From contig CP070843.1 of NCBI GenBank assembly GCA_020350905.1, forward strand, positions 1,074,584-1,108,609: a stretch of DNA of 34,026 nt, written 5' to 3'. The notes beneath the pieces are model-generated. The model did no database searches and was not told where the DNA came from. It saw only the letters and a program-made list of their open reading frames with translations. Each line of letters begins with the position of its first letter. Position 1 is the first letter of the stretch. A program made the translations under genes and the position numbers. Origin of the DNA: Deltaproteobacteria bacterium. Lineage in GTDB: Bacteria > Desulfobacterota > Syntrophobacteria > BM002. Positions 32,897 to 34,026 of this stretch are shown in pieces.

Positions 32897-33122
32897 ATAT
32901 GACAACAGCACTCCCACTTTCCCCTATACTGAACCCCTTTTTGTCAAGACTAGCGATGGCTTCCGATGTCTTCCAGAGGAACAAAACTCTACAAAATCAA
33001 AATGTTGCCTTAGTTTGAGACAAAAACTAGGGTAAATTGGAAGTACTTTTGGAGTCAAAAATGAACTGTCGAGATTAGTGTTACACCGGGAAGATGAAAT
33101 ATGGTTTCTGTTTACAGACATC

Positions 33123-33857
33123 TTAATTTTCGATCATCGCCTTCAGTCTCAACGCGTCCTGCGCCGCATAGCCTGCTTGATCATTGTCAAAGTAGCAGTA
33201 AATTTCTTTTCCTTCTCTGGTCCGACTTAGAAGGTCATCCGCCCACCACGCAAGTTGGTCTGTCTCATATTGACCCCGGTAGGGGCCACTGGGACCATGC
33301 AGTCGTATGTAGATCAAGCCACTGGTCACCTTCTTCGGGGAGAGTCGACGGTCGAAATCGTAGATGCAAAAAGTCGCCCCGTGCTTGCCTAATGCATCGT
33401 AGGCCCTAGCATCGAACCAGCTGGAATCACGAAACTCGAATGCATACCTATAGCCTGTGGGGAGAGCTTCCAGAAACGCTTCCAACCGTCGAGGATTAAA
33501 ATTCCATTTCGGTGGCAACTGAAATAGGATCGGACCTAATTTTTCGCCTAACACGCTTATTCTCTCAAGAAATTTGGACACCGGCCCCTCTGGGTCTTTC
33601 AGTTTCTTCATGTGAGTAATGTAGCGACTCGCTTTGACCGCGAAGATAAATCCCGAGGGGACAGCATCCCTCCAGCGAATCAAGGCTTTCTCACTCGGTA
33701 ACTGATAGAAGGAGTTGTTGATCTCTACTGTGTGGAAATGGCCAGCATAATAGTCCAAGAAATCCTTCTTTGAAATACCTTCGAGATAAAAGGGCCCCTT
33801 CCAATGTTCGTAATGCCAGCCGGATGTGCCAATATGAATAAGCTCACGTTTTGCCAT
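33123..33857 (-). CDS. DUF72 (YecE-like) family protein
   Basis: IHIGTSGWHYEHWKGPFY...HFHTVEINNSFYQLP...FAVKASRYITH...LGPILFQLPP are the characteristic DUF72 blocks. Confidence 0.92.
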   Translation of the reverse strand: MAKRELIHIGTSGWHYEHWKGPFYLEGISKKDFLDYYAGHFHTVEINNSFYQLPSEKALIRWRDAVPSGFIFAVKASRYITHMKKLKDPEGPVSKFLERISVLGEKLGPILFQLPPKWNFNPRRLEAFLEALPTGYRYAFEFRDSSWFDARAYDALGKHGATFCIYDFDRRLSPKKVTSGLIYIRLHGPSGPYRGQYETDQLAWWADDLLSRTREGKEIYCYFDNDQAGYAAQDALRLKAMIEN

Positions 33858-34026
33858 TATATTCTAGTCGTCGAGGGCCAGTATGTACTGATGACGATGA
33901 TGAAAAGCGAAAGCGAGATGCACCAAAGAAAAAAGTGCGTAGCTCCAAGCCGCGGGCATTTTCGCTTATCGTTATGAGTTCTGGCCGTCAGCGCTTCAAT
34001 CAGAGTTCATATTCCCCCTCCATATC

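Overview
This looks like a chromosomal window from a Gram-negative-type genome. I support about 29 protein-coding genes and recognise no rRNA, tRNA, CRISPR array, transposase or integrase.

Layout:
- 2-6664 (+): a tetR-OMF-MFP-RND efflux operon, with unusually long, repeat-filled spacers between its genes.
- 6.7-17.7 kb: a string of functionally unrelated genes, almost all on the minus strand. They are an alpha/beta hydrolase, an M55 peptidase, a quinone oxidoreductase, an FTCD-like cyclodeaminase, an atypical kinase, a Cache-HAMP-PP2C phosphatase, a FabH-like KAS III, a second hydrolase and a URO-D-like protein. Most spacers carry copies of one mosaic palindromic repeat family built from GTCAT/ATGAC boxes.
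- 18.0-21.4 kb (-): a translationally coupled pair, an alkyl-DHAP-synthase-like FAD oxidase followed by GlpD.
- 21.7-26.7 kb (+): tal, an FAD disulfide reductase, a short-form gnd and a TVP38/DedA-like membrane protein.
- 26.7-33.1 kb: visibly lower and patchier GC with long non-coding spacers. It holds a PAS-PP2C phosphatase, a PfkB kinase, a co-directional run of six small ORFs (29838-31886) that I cannot assign to any family, a 91-aa ORF and a DUF72 gene.

Most interesting:
- the six-ORF module of unknown function, which includes two ORFs separated only by an in-frame TGA;
- the dense mosaic repeat family, one copy pair of which brackets fabH with 40-nt inverted repeats;
- heptamer tandem arrays in several spacers;
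- the AGPS-like/GlpD pair.

All functional calls rest on motif recognition by eye. No database search was possible.
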